Shown here: positions 8,803-17,637 of the stretch, piece by piece
How positions within the stretch are numbered: position 1 is the first letter of the stretch
Layout: each line of letters opens with the position of its first letter
Translations under genes and position numbers: made by a program
Assembly (NCBI RefSeq): GCF_007988965.1
Contig: NZ_BJVD01000007.1
Coordinates: 66,625 to 98,624, forward strand
DNA length: 32,000 nt
Direction: 5' to 3'
From: Rummeliibacillus stabekisii
GTDB lineage: Bacteria; Bacillota; Bacilli; Bacillales_A; Planococcaceae
Notes under the pieces: model-generated
What the model saw: only the letters and a program-made list of their open reading frames with translations
Databases searched by the model: none
What the model was told of the DNA's origin: nothing

Positions 8803-9560
8803 TCCAAGTAAAAGAGATTTCCAAGTATTTTGGAAAGAAAATGGTCGTTGATAAGGTAAGTGTTGATATACAAAGAGGTAAAATCACTTCCTTTATTGGC
8901 CCAAATGGCGCCGGAAAATCGACGCTATTGTCGATGGTGAGCCGTTTACTTGATGCGGATACCGGTGAAGTATTGTTAGACAGCACTGATGTAAAGAGAG
9001 TGAAGTCCAATGATTTCGCAAAACGCGTATCTATTCTAAAACAATCCAATTTTATGAATGTTAGGTTAAGCATTCGTGAACTCGTTTCTTTTGGACGCTT
9101 CCCATATTCGCAAGGCCATCTTACTGAAGAGGACCAAAAAAAAGTTGATGAAGCCATTCATTATATGAACTTAGAGGATATCCAACATGATTATTTAGAT
9201 GAATTGTCTGGTGGGCAACGACAACGCGCATTTATCGCGATGGTTATTGCTCAAGATACCGAATATGTTTTGCTAGACGAACCATTAAATAATCTGGACA
9301 TGAAACATTCTGTTCAAATCATGAAGATTTTGCGTAAACTTGTTGATGAATTGGGCAAGACTGTAGTGATTGTACTTCATGATATCAACTTCGCATCCGT
9401 TTATTCAGATTTTATTGTGGCGCTCAAAGATGGAAAAGTCGTAAAAGAAGGGCCAACCAGTGAAATCATTAATTCCGCGTCACTCAAAGAAATATACGAT
9501 ATGGATATACCTATTCAAGAGATGAATAGCTGTCGAATCTGTGTGTATTTTAATTCATGA
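8799..9560 (+). CDS. yclP: Iron-siderophore ABC transporter ATP-binding protein
   Basis: Walker A GPNGAGKST, signature LSGGQRQR, Walker B VLLDEP. ATGA overlap with the upstream gene. Confidence 0.9.
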   Translation: MIQVKEISKYFGKKMVVDKVSVDIQRGKITSFIGPNGAGKSTLLSMVSRLLDADTGEVLLDSTDVKRVKSNDFAKRVSILKQSNFMNVRLSIRELVSFGRFPYSQGHLTEEDQKKVDEAIHYMNLEDIQHDYLDELSGGQRQRAFIAMVIAQDTEYVLLDEPLNNLDMKHSVQIMKILRKLVDELGKTVVIVLHDINFASVYSDFIVALKDGKVVKEGPTSEIINSASLKEIYDMDIPIQEMNSCRICVYFNS

Positions 9561-9576
9561 TAAAGGGGAAAAACAA

Positions 9577-10560
9577 ATGAAAAAGTGGTCATTACTAACA
9601 TTAGTATTTGCAGTTCTATTTGTGCTAGGCGCATGTAATTCAAAAGATTCTAGCAAAGATAAAGGGAATTCTAATAGCGGTTCTAAAGAAACAATTGCCG
9701 TAACAAACGATTTTGGAGTACAAAATGAAGATGGTTCATCTGATTCTGTAAAAGATAAAGTTGATGTTCCGAAAAACCCAAAAAAAGTAGTTGTATTTGA
9801 TATGGGCTTCTTAGATACACTTGATACACTTGGTGTAAAAGTTGCAGGTATTCCACAAGATTCAATTCCTGGTTACTTGAAAAAATATGAAGGTAGCGAT
9901 TACGAAAACGTTGGTTCATTAAAAGAGCCAGATTTTGAAAAATTGGCTTCATTGAATCCTGATGTTATCTTTATTTCTGGACGCCAAGCTAGCCTTTATA
10001 AAGAATTCAGCAAAATTGCGCCAACTGTTTATGTTGGTTTAGATACATCTCGCTATATGGAATCATTTAAAGAAAACACAGAATTAGCAGGCAAAATTTT
10101 CGGCAAAGAAGATCAAGTGAAAACAGAACTTGCTAGTGTAGATGAAACTATCGCAAAAGTTCAAGGCGAAACAAAAGGTTTAGATAAAAAATCACTAATT
10201 ATCCTAGGTTCTGAAGGTAAAATCAGCGCTTACGGTCCTGCTTCACGCTTCGGCTTGATTCACGATGTATTTGGTTTTAAACCAGTAGATAAAGGCATTG
10301 AAGTATCAACTCATGGACAAAACGTTTCGTATGAATATGTATTAGAGAAAAATCCAGATATCATCTTCGTAGTAGACCGCGATGCTGTTGTAACAGAAGG
10401 CGCTTCAGCGAAAAAAGATATCGAAAACGATATTGTAAAGAAAACAACTGCTTATAAAGATGGAAAAATGATCTACTTAAACCCAGAAGTATGGTACTTA
10501 TCTGGTGGAGGTATCCAATCTGTAAAAGAAATGGTTAAAGAAGTAGAAAAGGCTTTATAA
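9577..10560 (+). CDS. yclQ: Siderophore (petrobactin-type) binding lipoprotein
   Basis: Start at MKKWSLLTLVFAVLFVLGAC (lipobox LGAC) with RBS AAAGGGGA upstream. Long stretches such as GSLKEPDFEK, YKEFSKIAPT, HGQNVSYEY and WYLSGGG match my recollection of B. subtilis YclQ. Confidence 0.8.
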   Translation: MKKWSLLTLVFAVLFVLGACNSKDSSKDKGNSNSGSKETIAVTNDFGVQNEDGSSDSVKDKVDVPKNPKKVVVFDMGFLDTLDTLGVKVAGIPQDSIPGYLKKYEGSDYENVGSLKEPDFEKLASLNPDVIFISGRQASLYKEFSKIAPTVYVGLDTSRYMESFKENTELAGKIFGKEDQVKTELASVDETIAKVQGETKGLDKKSLIILGSEGKISAYGPASRFGLIHDVFGFKPVDKGIEVSTHGQNVSYEYVLEKNPDIIFVVDRDAVVTEGASAKKDIENDIVKKTTAYKDGKMIYLNPEVWYLSGGGIQSVKEMVKEVEKAL

Positions 10561-10568
10561 TCATTGTT

Positions 10569-10601
10569 AACACCTAGCCCAAGATGGCTAGGTGTTTTTT
10601 T
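10569..10601 (+). terminator. Rho-independent terminator after the siderophore operon
   Basis: AACACCTAGCC / GGCTAGGTGTT 11-bp stem, followed by TTTTTT. Confidence 0.85.
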
Positions 10602-10699
10602 GTGTGTATGATAAAGTGAAACTACTCTGGAGTAGCTTGCGTTAGATGAAGTAGGTTTGTGTATAAAAGGGTATGCTAATAAACAAGGGGGGATTGGGC

Positions 10700-11302
10700 A
10701 TGTCAAAAATCATGTATTCCTTAGGCATTCTTGCTTTTGCTATTTTTATTTTTTTATGGATAAGTTTAAAGAATGAATGGGTAACGACAATCGATTTAGT
10801 AGCAGCTCATTTACTTAAGGGCAATGGATTTATTATTGCTTTCCATTATATTGGCGAACAAACATTTATCTTAACGATCGCTGTTTTGCTGCTAGTTTGG
10901 TTATGGATACGCGATCGCAATTATCGTGGCATGATGTTTACACTGTTGACGATCGGCGGAGGAAATATGATTAATCAATTTATTAAAGAATGGGTGCATC
11001 GTACTAGACCAGACATTCCTAATCAATTGGCATCCTTTAGTTTTCCATCTAATCATGCGATGATGAGTGTCCTCTTTTTGTTCACCCTCGCTTATTTTAT
11101 GACTGAGGATAAACGGAAGAGCACTTTTTCAATAATTGTATGGCTAGTAGCAATACTATTGGCTATATTAATCGGCTTGTCACGTATCGCGGAAGGCAGG
11201 CACTTCGCTTCAGATGTAGCGGCAGGGTGGGCATTGGGGTTTGCTTGGTTTGTTATAGTTTGGGCATGGTATGTACGTCGCAAAAAATGGCAAAACACGT
11301 AG
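10700..11302 (+). CDS. PAP2-family membrane phosphatase
   Basis: PAP2 motifs KEWVHRTRP (KX6RP), PSNH and SRIAEGRHFASD (SRX5HX3D). The ATG at 10700 is preceded by AAGGGGGGA. Confidence 0.8.
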   Translation: MSKIMYSLGILAFAIFIFLWISLKNEWVTTIDLVAAHLLKGNGFIIAFHYIGEQTFILTIAVLLLVWLWIRDRNYRGMMFTLLTIGGGNMINQFIKEWVHRTRPDIPNQLASFSFPSNHAMMSVLFLFTLAYFMTEDKRKSTFSIIVWLVAILLAILIGLSRIAEGRHFASDVAAGWALGFAWFVIVWAWYVRRKKWQNT

Positions 11303-11308
11303 TCCATA

Positions 11309-11350
11309 ACAATCCCCTAACAGAAAAGCTCAAAGGGGATTGTTTATTTA
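11309..11350 (+). terminator. Rho-independent terminator after the PAP2 gene
   Basis: AACAATCCCCT / AGGGGATTGTT stem, followed by TATTTAT. Confidence 0.7.
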
Positions 11351-11522
11351 TAGAGGTTTCAATAATTCAAATGAAGTCTTATTCTCCATTTTTATCTAGT
11401 AAATAACAAAATTTTATGTATTACAGATCAAATGAATAGCAAACTTCTTTACTTTTTATCGAAAAGAGACTATTATAAAGAACATAAAACCAAGTATTCT
11501 AATAGGATAAGAGGGGAAAAGT

Positions 11523-12770
11523 ATGACTCAAAAAACTGTCTCAAATTGGGACCACAAATCAACAACAGTGGTTGCCAAGCTGAACCCTATGCAAAAACCG
11601 CTAGCTTCAGCAGGGATTCTTATAGCAATTATTCTTTTGATTTCGATTGTTTACGTGGCAAATTGGACCCAAGGTGTACTATTTATTATCGGCATTGCCC
11701 TTGGCATGACGTTATTGCATGCACGCTTTGGTTTTACCTCTGCCTTCCGTCGACTGGCATCAGTCGGTAATGTGCAAGGGTTGCAAGCGCATATGCTCAT
11801 GCTTGCAATTGCATCTATTTTGTTCGCGATTATACTCGGAACGGGCTTTAGTTTTACTGGAGTCGCTCCTGAGGGAAATGTTTCACCTGTAGGCACAAGC
11901 TTGCTTGTCGGTGCATTTCTTTTCGGGATTGGTATGCAACTTGGAAATGGATGTGCATCAGGAACACTTTACCAAGTGGGTGGAGGAACATCTTCCATGC
12001 TTTTAACGCTCATTGCATTCATTGCGGGATCTGTTCTAGGTGCATATAATTTCACATTTTGGATGGAGGACACACCTTCATTGCCAGCCATTTCGTTAGC
12101 TGAATCAACAGGTCTCGGTTATGTGGGCGCATTAATCGTCCAACTCATCGCATTTGCTGTCATCTACTGGATTACTGTTCAGATTGCGAAAAAGAAACGC
12201 CCACCGATGATGAAGCCTCTACCAACAACTAAAGGCTTTAAAAAAATGATTCGCGGTTCTTGGCCATTATTCGCAGCTGCTATTATTCTTGCATTGTTAA
12301 ATGCATTGACTTTAGCGGTAAAAGGCAGCCCTTGGGGTATTACTTCTGCTTTTGCACTATGGGGCGGCAAAGCATTAATGGCAATGGGTGTAGACGTGTC
12401 AAGCTGGGGCTTTTTCGCAGGTGCTAAAGGCAATGCCTTAAGCCAATCAGTGCTCCTTGATGCAACGAGTGTCATGAATTTCGGTATTATCCTTGGCGCA
12501 TTTATATCAGCTGCATTCCAAGGTACATTTAAACCGAAGAAACTTCAACCGAAAGTAGCAGCAGCAGCTGTAGTAGGCGGTCTTATGATGGGTTATGGTG
12601 CCCGTCTTGCATTCGGCTGTAACATTGGTGCATATTTCAGCGGTATAGCTTCCTTCAGCCTTCATGGTTGGGTGTGGGCAGTAATGGCCTTTTTCGGCAC
12701 ATATGTAGCACTCTTTATACGTCCGCTCTTTGGATTGAAAAATCCAAAATCTACGGATACGTTTTGTTAA
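11523..12770 (+). CDS. YeeE/YedE family sulfur-compound (thiosulfate-type) transport protein
   Basis: RBS GAGGGGAAAAG. Two sulfur-transport half-domains carry conserved Cys motifs GNGCASGT and FGCNIGAYF. About 10 TM segments. Confidence 0.8.
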   Translation: MTQKTVSNWDHKSTTVVAKLNPMQKPLASAGILIAIILLISIVYVANWTQGVLFIIGIALGMTLLHARFGFTSAFRRLASVGNVQGLQAHMLMLAIASILFAIILGTGFSFTGVAPEGNVSPVGTSLLVGAFLFGIGMQLGNGCASGTLYQVGGGTSSMLLTLIAFIAGSVLGAYNFTFWMEDTPSLPAISLAESTGLGYVGALIVQLIAFAVIYWITVQIAKKKRPPMMKPLPTTKGFKKMIRGSWPLFAAAIILALLNALTLAVKGSPWGITSAFALWGGKALMAMGVDVSSWGFFAGAKGNALSQSVLLDATSVMNFGIILGAFISAAFQGTFKPKKLQPKVAAAAVVGGLMMGYGARLAFGCNIGAYFSGIASFSLHGWVWAVMAFFGTYVALFIRPLFGLKNPKSTDTFC

Positions 12771-12788
12771 ATACACTAGAATAACACC

Positions 12789-12833
12789 AAAAAGGCTTCT
12801 GTCATCCTAAACGATGACAGAAGCCTTTTTATT
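12789..12833. terminator. Bidirectional terminator between convergent yeeE-like and MFS genes
   Basis: Perfect 18-bp stem AAAAAGGCTTCTGTCATC / GATGACAGAAGCCTTTTT. The A-run and T-run give U-tracts on both strands. Confidence 0.85.
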
Positions 12834-12845
12834 GTGTCTTAATCC

Positions 12846-14054
12846 TTATTGATTAGCATTGAGCGATTGGCGCACTGTAATCTTATGGATTGCAAAAGCA
12901 AGGATGCTCGCTGCGATTAAAAAGACTAAAACAATGCCTACGACACCGCTCCAGCCGAACTTAGACCAAAAGAGTCCGCCGGTTGTTCCGCCGACACTGG
13001 ATCCTACGTAGTAGAAAAAGAGGTAAAGCGAAGAAGCTTGTGCTTTTTCATGTGTTGCTCTTTTTCCAACCCATCCACTTGCAATGGAATGAGCTCCAAA
13101 AAAACCGAAAGTAAGAATCGCTATTCCTGCAATCTTGATAAATAGGTTATCCGTTAATGATAAGAGAGCACCGGCAAGCATAAGCCCTATGCCGCTCAAA
13201 AGAATTTTGTAACGCCCGTGATGGTCCGCTAAACTACCCATCCATGCCGAACTGAATGTCCCTACAAGATAAATTAAAAAAATCCAGCCAACAATTGTTT
13301 GGCTAAGAGAATAAGGTGGTTCTATCAATTGGAAACCTATATAGTTGTACATCGTTACAAAAGATCCCATTAGCAAGAATCCAACACCGAATAAACTTAA
13401 TAATGCAGGATCCTTCAAATGCATAAGAAGAGATTGGAATAGTGGCTTTAATGCAAGCTTATCTGGCTCAAAATGACGAGATTTTGGCAATAAAAAGTAA
13501 AATGCTATAGCAAGAAGCAAACTAATAATGCCAATCACAATCATTCCGACGCGCCAATTCGAATAATCGCTCACAGAACCCATCACAATCCGTCCGGCAA
13601 GACCGCCAATGGAATTTCCACTTATATAGAGCCCCATTGCCGCTCCTAAGCTTTTTGGATCGATTTCCTCACCTAAATAAGCCATCGCAATAGCTGGTAG
13701 ACCTGCAAAAACAGCGCCTTGGACAACTCTCAAGATCAGCAAGACGTGGTAGTTAGGCGAAAAAGCAATAAGAAAAGTTAAAATAGCTACCGCAATCATA
13801 GAAAATGTCATAATAGGTTTGCGGCCCCATGCTTCAGAAAGAGAACCTACTATTAACATACAAATGGCAAGTGATGCTGTAGTAAATGAGAGGGAAAGAC
13901 TAGCCGCAGCCGGCGATATATGGAAAAATTTTGTTAACGTCGGCATCACTGGCTGCGTCATATATAAATTAGCATAAGTACTAAACGCGCCAGCGAATAA
14001 TGCCAAGTTGGCTTTGCGAAAATCTAATGTTCCTCTTTTGATGTATTCCTCCAT
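12846..14054 (-). CDS. MFS transporter (YnfM-like)
   Basis: 12-TM MFS architecture. The ATG at 14054 (MEEYIKRG...) is preferred because GAGGTG lies upstream. The ORF-track start at 14105 would add a non-conserved hydrophobic leader. Confidence 0.8.
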   Translation of the reverse strand: MEEYIKRGTLDFRKANLALFAGAFSTYANLYMTQPVMPTLTKFFHISPAAASLSLSFTTASLAICMLIVGSLSEAWGRKPIMTFSMIAVAILTFLIAFSPNYHVLLILRVVQGAVFAGLPAIAMAYLGEEIDPKSLGAAMGLYISGNSIGGLAGRIVMGSVSDYSNWRVGMIVIGIISLLLAIAFYFLLPKSRHFEPDKLALKPLFQSLLMHLKDPALLSLFGVGFLLMGSFVTMYNYIGFQLIEPPYSLSQTIVGWIFLIYLVGTFSSAWMGSLADHHGRYKILLSGIGLMLAGALLSLTDNLFIKIAGIAILTFGFFGAHSIASGWVGKRATHEKAQASSLYLFFYYVGSSVGGTTGGLFWSKFGWSGVVGIVLVFLIAASILAFAIHKITVRQSLNANQ

Positions 14055-14231
14055 ATTTTTCACCTCGATAACCTTATTATAAAACGCAATAAGAAAGAAA
14101 TACATTTTCCTGTTTATTCCCAGAAAGAGGGAAGTGGTTCATCTTTTATTTTGGCTTTAAAGAAAATTGTTTCATAAAGGAAACATTAAGCATATAGTAA
14201 ATAAAAAGTCAGTTCATAAAGGAGTATGTAA

Positions 14232-15044
14232 ATGGATGCAAGTGTACTATATGCATTGGGGTTAACTCTTTTTGCAGGATTGGCAACAGGAGTCGGCAGC
14301 TTAATCGCCTTTTTTACCTCAAGAACGAATACTAAATTTTTATCATTTTCTTTAGGTTTCTCAGCTGGTGTTATGATATATGTTTCCCTTGTTGAGATAT
14401 TTGTCAAAGCTAAAGTGGCACTAGTTGGGGAGCTAGGAGAGAAACAAGGCCATCTTTTTACAATTATCGGATTCTTTTCAGGCATGCTGCTAATAGCCTT
14501 GATAGATAAACTGATCCCGAAACAAGGAAATCCGCATGAAGTCAAAATGGTAGAAGATTTGAAGAAAGGCCCGTCACAACAAGATTATTCGAGCTTAATG
14601 AAGATGGGCGTTTTTACTGCCCTTGCCATTGGCATACACAACTTTCCTGAAGGGATTGCCACGTTTGTTTCCGCATTGAGTGATCCAAATTTAGGATTAG
14701 CGATTGCCATTGCTGTCGCAATTCACAATATCCCTGAAGGTATTGCTGTATCTGTTCCTATTTTCTTTGCAACAGGGGACCGGAAAAAAGCTTTTAAGCT
14801 TTCTTTTTTATCAGGCTTAGCAGAGCCGGTTGGGGCATTCGTTGCGTATTTATTATTGATGCCATTTTTGAATGATATTATGTTTGGTATGATATTTGCT
14901 GGGGTGGCAGGAATTATGGTTTTTATCTCACTAGACGAATTATTGCCGGCGGCCCGCAAATACGATGAAGCTCACTCGTCAATTTATGGCGTTGTTCTTG
15001 GCATGATTGTTATGGCCATTAGTTTAGTATTGTTGGTGCCTTAA
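14232..15044 (+). CDS. zupT: ZIP-family zinc transporter ZupT
   Basis: RBS AAAGGAG. It appears collinear with my recollection of E. coli ZupT, including HNFPEGIATF and HNIPEGIAV. Confidence 0.9.
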   Translation: MDASVLYALGLTLFAGLATGVGSLIAFFTSRTNTKFLSFSLGFSAGVMIYVSLVEIFVKAKVALVGELGEKQGHLFTIIGFFSGMLLIALIDKLIPKQGNPHEVKMVEDLKKGPSQQDYSSLMKMGVFTALAIGIHNFPEGIATFVSALSDPNLGLAIAIAVAIHNIPEGIAVSVPIFFATGDRKKAFKLSFLSGLAEPVGAFVAYLLLMPFLNDIMFGMIFAGVAGIMVFISLDELLPAARKYDEAHSSIYGVVLGMIVMAISLVLLVP

Positions 15045-15075
15045 GAGGATTGCTTGACGGCAATCCTCTTTCTTG
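15043..15075 (+). terminator. Terminator after zupT
   Basis: AAGAGGATTGC / GCAATCCTCTT 11-bp stem with a 6-nt loop, followed by TCTT (short U-tract). Confidence 0.6.
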
Positions 15076-15099
15076 GTGCAAAAAGAGGGCGGTACTACA

Positions 15100-15128
15100 T
15101 TGCATGTCGAGCAGTTTCCAACTATAAT
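15100..15128 (+). promoter_or_regulatory. Near-consensus sigma-A promoter upstream of the small membrane ORF
   Basis: TTGCAT (15100-15105), 17 nt of spacer, then TATAAT (15123-15128). Confidence 0.55.
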
Positions 15129-15180
15129 GGCGAAGAATCACATCAAAGAATGTATCATCATGGGAAATTAGGGGAAGAAA

Positions 15181-15426
15181 ATGGACAAGTTGCTTGGCAG
15201 TTTATTAATGGTTATATTTGTAGCAAACTTAATTTGGATTATTTACATAATCATAAAAGAATATAAAAAAGATAGCGCTAGTTTGTTTAGATCTATCTTT
15301 TTGTCATATTCAATATTGTGTTTGATAATTATAGTCTCTATGCTGTCTTTGTTGTTTCCTGCTTTTTATTTGGAGTCATTCTGTTATTTTATTAATAACG
15401 AAAAAAGGGGTTGCCAATATGGCTAG
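15181..15426 (+). CDS. Hypothetical small membrane protein (81 aa, two predicted TM helices)
   Basis: ATG preceded by GGGGAAG. It has its own promoter and two hydrophobic stretches. I recognise no family. The 3' end runs into the thrB terminator hairpin. Confidence 0.45.
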   Translation: MDKLLGSLLMVIFVANLIWIIYIIIKEYKKDSASLFRSIFLSYSILCLIIIVSMLSLLFPAFYLESFCYFINNEKRGCQYG

Positions 15427-15431
15427 CCCCT
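15400..15431 (-). terminator. Terminator of thrC-thrB (possibly bidirectional)
   Basis: GGGGTTGCC / GGCTAGCCCC stem with one bulge. On the minus strand it is followed by TTTTTTCG. Confidence 0.6.
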
Positions 15432-15440
15432 TACTGTATT

Positions 15441-16349
15441 CTAAATATACTCTGATACTTTTAGTTGAATCCCATTTCGATCAATGGAAACAGCTTTTAT
15501 CTCATAATCCGGCAGGTGAGGACGCATCTTTTCAACAAATTCATCTACTTCTTCAGGTTGAACTAAAGAAATCATGGTTGGACCTGCTCCGCTGATCGCT
15601 GTCCCGTAAGCCCCATTTTCCTTCGCCAGTTCTCTAATTTTATTATAATAGGGAATTATATTTGCCCTGAAAGGTTCATGGAACAAGTCAGCTTCCATCA
15701 TTTCACCTACACGTTTCCAATCATTCATTAATAAGGCGGCTGTTAATACATTAGCATAGGCACTTGCTTGTACAGCATATCCTCGGTCAAAAGTAGAAGG
15801 CAAGGCATCCCTTGCTTCTTGTGTTTTAAGCTCTACATTTGGGATGAAAAGGGCGAAGGCTATATCTATTTCTTTTACACTCAGCAGGCTTAGTCCTCCA
15901 TTCGGCAACATAGCCCCGATTGTCAGTCCACCGCAGAGGGATGCCGTAGCATTATCTGGGTGTCCTTCTAAATCAGTAGTAATACGGCATTTCTCTTCTA
16001 ATGTTAAGTTTAATTCACAAAGTTGATTAGCTAATTCAACCCCTGCAGCAATGGCAGCCGCACTGCTCCCAATACCACGAGCCAAGGGTAATTCGCTTTG
16101 TACAATCACCTTGCAGGAGGGGAGTATGGCACCATAGCATGATGCTGCATAGTTTGCGCTTTGATAGATTAAATGGTCTTCCGTATTTATTTCTTGAGGT
16201 AAATGAACTGATTGATGATCAAATGCCCATTGATCACTTAATGTTACATCTAAAGTTAAGTATAGTCCTAGTGCAATTCCAATTGAATCAAAGCCTGGTC
16301 CTAGATTCGCTGTGCTGCCCGGTACTTGTATGTTCCATGTTTTGCTCAT
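15441..16349 (-). CDS. thrB: Homoserine kinase
   Basis: GHMP kinase motifs [12 protein letters not shown] and [15 protein letters not shown] overlap with thrC. Confidence 0.92.
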   Translation of the reverse strand: MSKTWNIQVPGSTANLGPGFDSIGIALGLYLTLDVTLSDQWAFDHQSVHLPQEINTEDHLIYQSANYAASCYGAILPSCKVIVQSELPLARGIGSSAAAIAAGVELANQLCELNLTLEEKCRITTDLEGHPDNATASLCGGLTIGAMLPNGGLSLLSVKEIDIAFALFIPNVELKTQEARDALPSTFDRGYAVQASAYANVLTAALLMNDWKRVGEMMEADLFHEPFRANIIPYYNKIRELAKENGAYGTAISGAGPTMISLVQPEEVDEFVEKMRPHLPDYEIKAVSIDRNGIQLKVSEYI

Positions 16350-17407
16350 AGTAGTCCCTCGATATACTCACGGATTTCCTGTTCGTTATTCGAAAGTGTT
16401 ACCACATTGACAGAGGATGCACTGACAGCTGTGTCAGGATCCTTCAATCCATTGCCTGTAAGGACCGCTACAACCTTGCTTCCTTTTGCGATAGAACCAT
16501 CCGCTACAGATTGATAGACACCTGCAATAGATGCGGCTGATCCAGGTTCAGCAAAAATACCTTCTTTAGAGGCAATCAATCGATAGGCATTTAGAATTTC
16601 TTCATCAGTCACAGCACTGATTTTACCGTCCGATTCATCGCGTGCCATTTCTGCCAATAGCCAACTGGCTGGATTTCCAATGCGGATGGCCGTAGCGATT
16701 GTTTCAGGATGTGCTATTGGTTCGCCTCGGACAATGGCGGCAGCCCCTTCCGCTTCATAACCAAACATTCTTGGAAGAGATGTACCTTTTTTCTGTGCGT
16801 ATTCTCTAAAGCCTTTCCAATATGCGCTTATATTACCTGCGTTGCCAACCGGAATAGCTAGGATATCTGGTGCGTCTCCTAATGCATCGCAAATCTCAAA
16901 AGCTGCTGTTTTTTGGCCTTCTAAACGATAGGGATTGACCGAGTTTACTAAGGTTACGGCTGTTGTATCACTGATTTGGCGTACAAGTTGCAATGCCTCG
17001 TCAAAATTGCCATCAATCTCGATGATTTTTGCGCCGTACATATAGGCTTGCGCTAATTTGCCTGCAGCAACTTTACCCTTTGGAATCACGATAATAGCCT
17101 CAATGCCTGCTCGTGCCGCATAGGCAGCCGCAGACGCAGAAGTATTGCCGGTAGAGGCGCAGATTACGCATTTGCTTCCCTCTTCTACCGCTTTAGCCAC
17201 GGCCATAACCATTCCTCTGTCTTTGAAGGAACCAGTAGGATTTAAACCTTCAAACTTTACGTGCAAATCAATCCCCAGCTCTTCAGATAATTTGGCAAGA
17301 TAGATTAATGGTGTATTTCCTTCGTGAAGTGTTAAAAGCGGTGTATTGCTGTTGATTGGCAAAAATTCCTTGTAATGATTAAGCAAGCCATTCCATATAG
17401 CGGTCAT
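16346..17407 (-). CDS. thrC: Threonine synthase
   Basis: PLP-lysine motif [19 protein letters not shown]. About 350 aa, typical of Bacillus ThrC. Confidence 0.92.
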   Translation of the reverse strand: MTAIWNGLLNHYKEFLPINSNTPLLTLHEGNTPLIYLAKLSEELGIDLHVKFEGLNPTGSFKDRGMVMAVAKAVEEGSKCVICASTGNTSASAAAYAARAGIEAIIVIPKGKVAAGKLAQAYMYGAKIIEIDGNFDEALQLVRQISDTTAVTLVNSVNPYRLEGQKTAAFEICDALGDAPDILAIPVGNAGNISAYWKGFREYAQKKGTSLPRMFGYEAEGAAAIVRGEPIAHPETIATAIRIGNPASWLLAEMARDESDGKISAVTDEEILNAYRLIASKEGIFAEPGSAASIAGVYQSVADGSIAKGSKVVAVLTGNGLKDPDTAVSASSVNVVTLSNNEQEIREYIEGLL

Positions 17408-17553
17408 GATGATAATTCCTCCTTAGTAAATGCAAAGTGGTGTACTTTCTAAAAATACAGCTGTTTATGTATAAGAGACACTTTATCAAAAAAAGAACCT
17501 GCTTTCAATGCTATCCTATAAATATTCTAAAATTTCGTAAAATATTTAAGATA

Positions 17554-17582
17554 TTGTCACATGTTTACTGATGTTGTATAGT
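17554..17582 (+). promoter_or_regulatory. Sigma-A promoter of the NiaP-like MFS gene
   Basis: TTGTCA (17554-17559), 17 nt of spacer, then TATAGT (17577-17582). Confidence 0.5.
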
Positions 17583-17597
17583 AAATACATATAAATG

Positions 17598-17611
17598 TTT
17601 ACACGTGTAAA
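17598..17611. promoter_or_regulatory. Perfect 14-bp palindrome (candidate operator)
   Basis: TTTACACGTGTAAA is self-complementary. It lies 16 nt downstream of the -10 and 27 nt upstream of the ATG at 17638. Confidence 0.45.
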
Positions 17612-17637
17612 GACACATAATGGGGGATGGGAATAGA

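Noticed and set aside
11432-11770. 112-aa ORF overlapping the start of the YeeE-family gene, plus the 88-aa ORF at 11140-11406.
   Set aside because: They are out of frame with, or overlap, well-supported genes and a terminator. They have no RBS and no recognisable domains.
15054-15266. 70-aa ORF starting inside the zupT terminator.
   Set aside because: It starts upstream of the only credible promoter (15100-15128), has no RBS, and overlaps the better-supported 81-aa membrane ORF in another frame.
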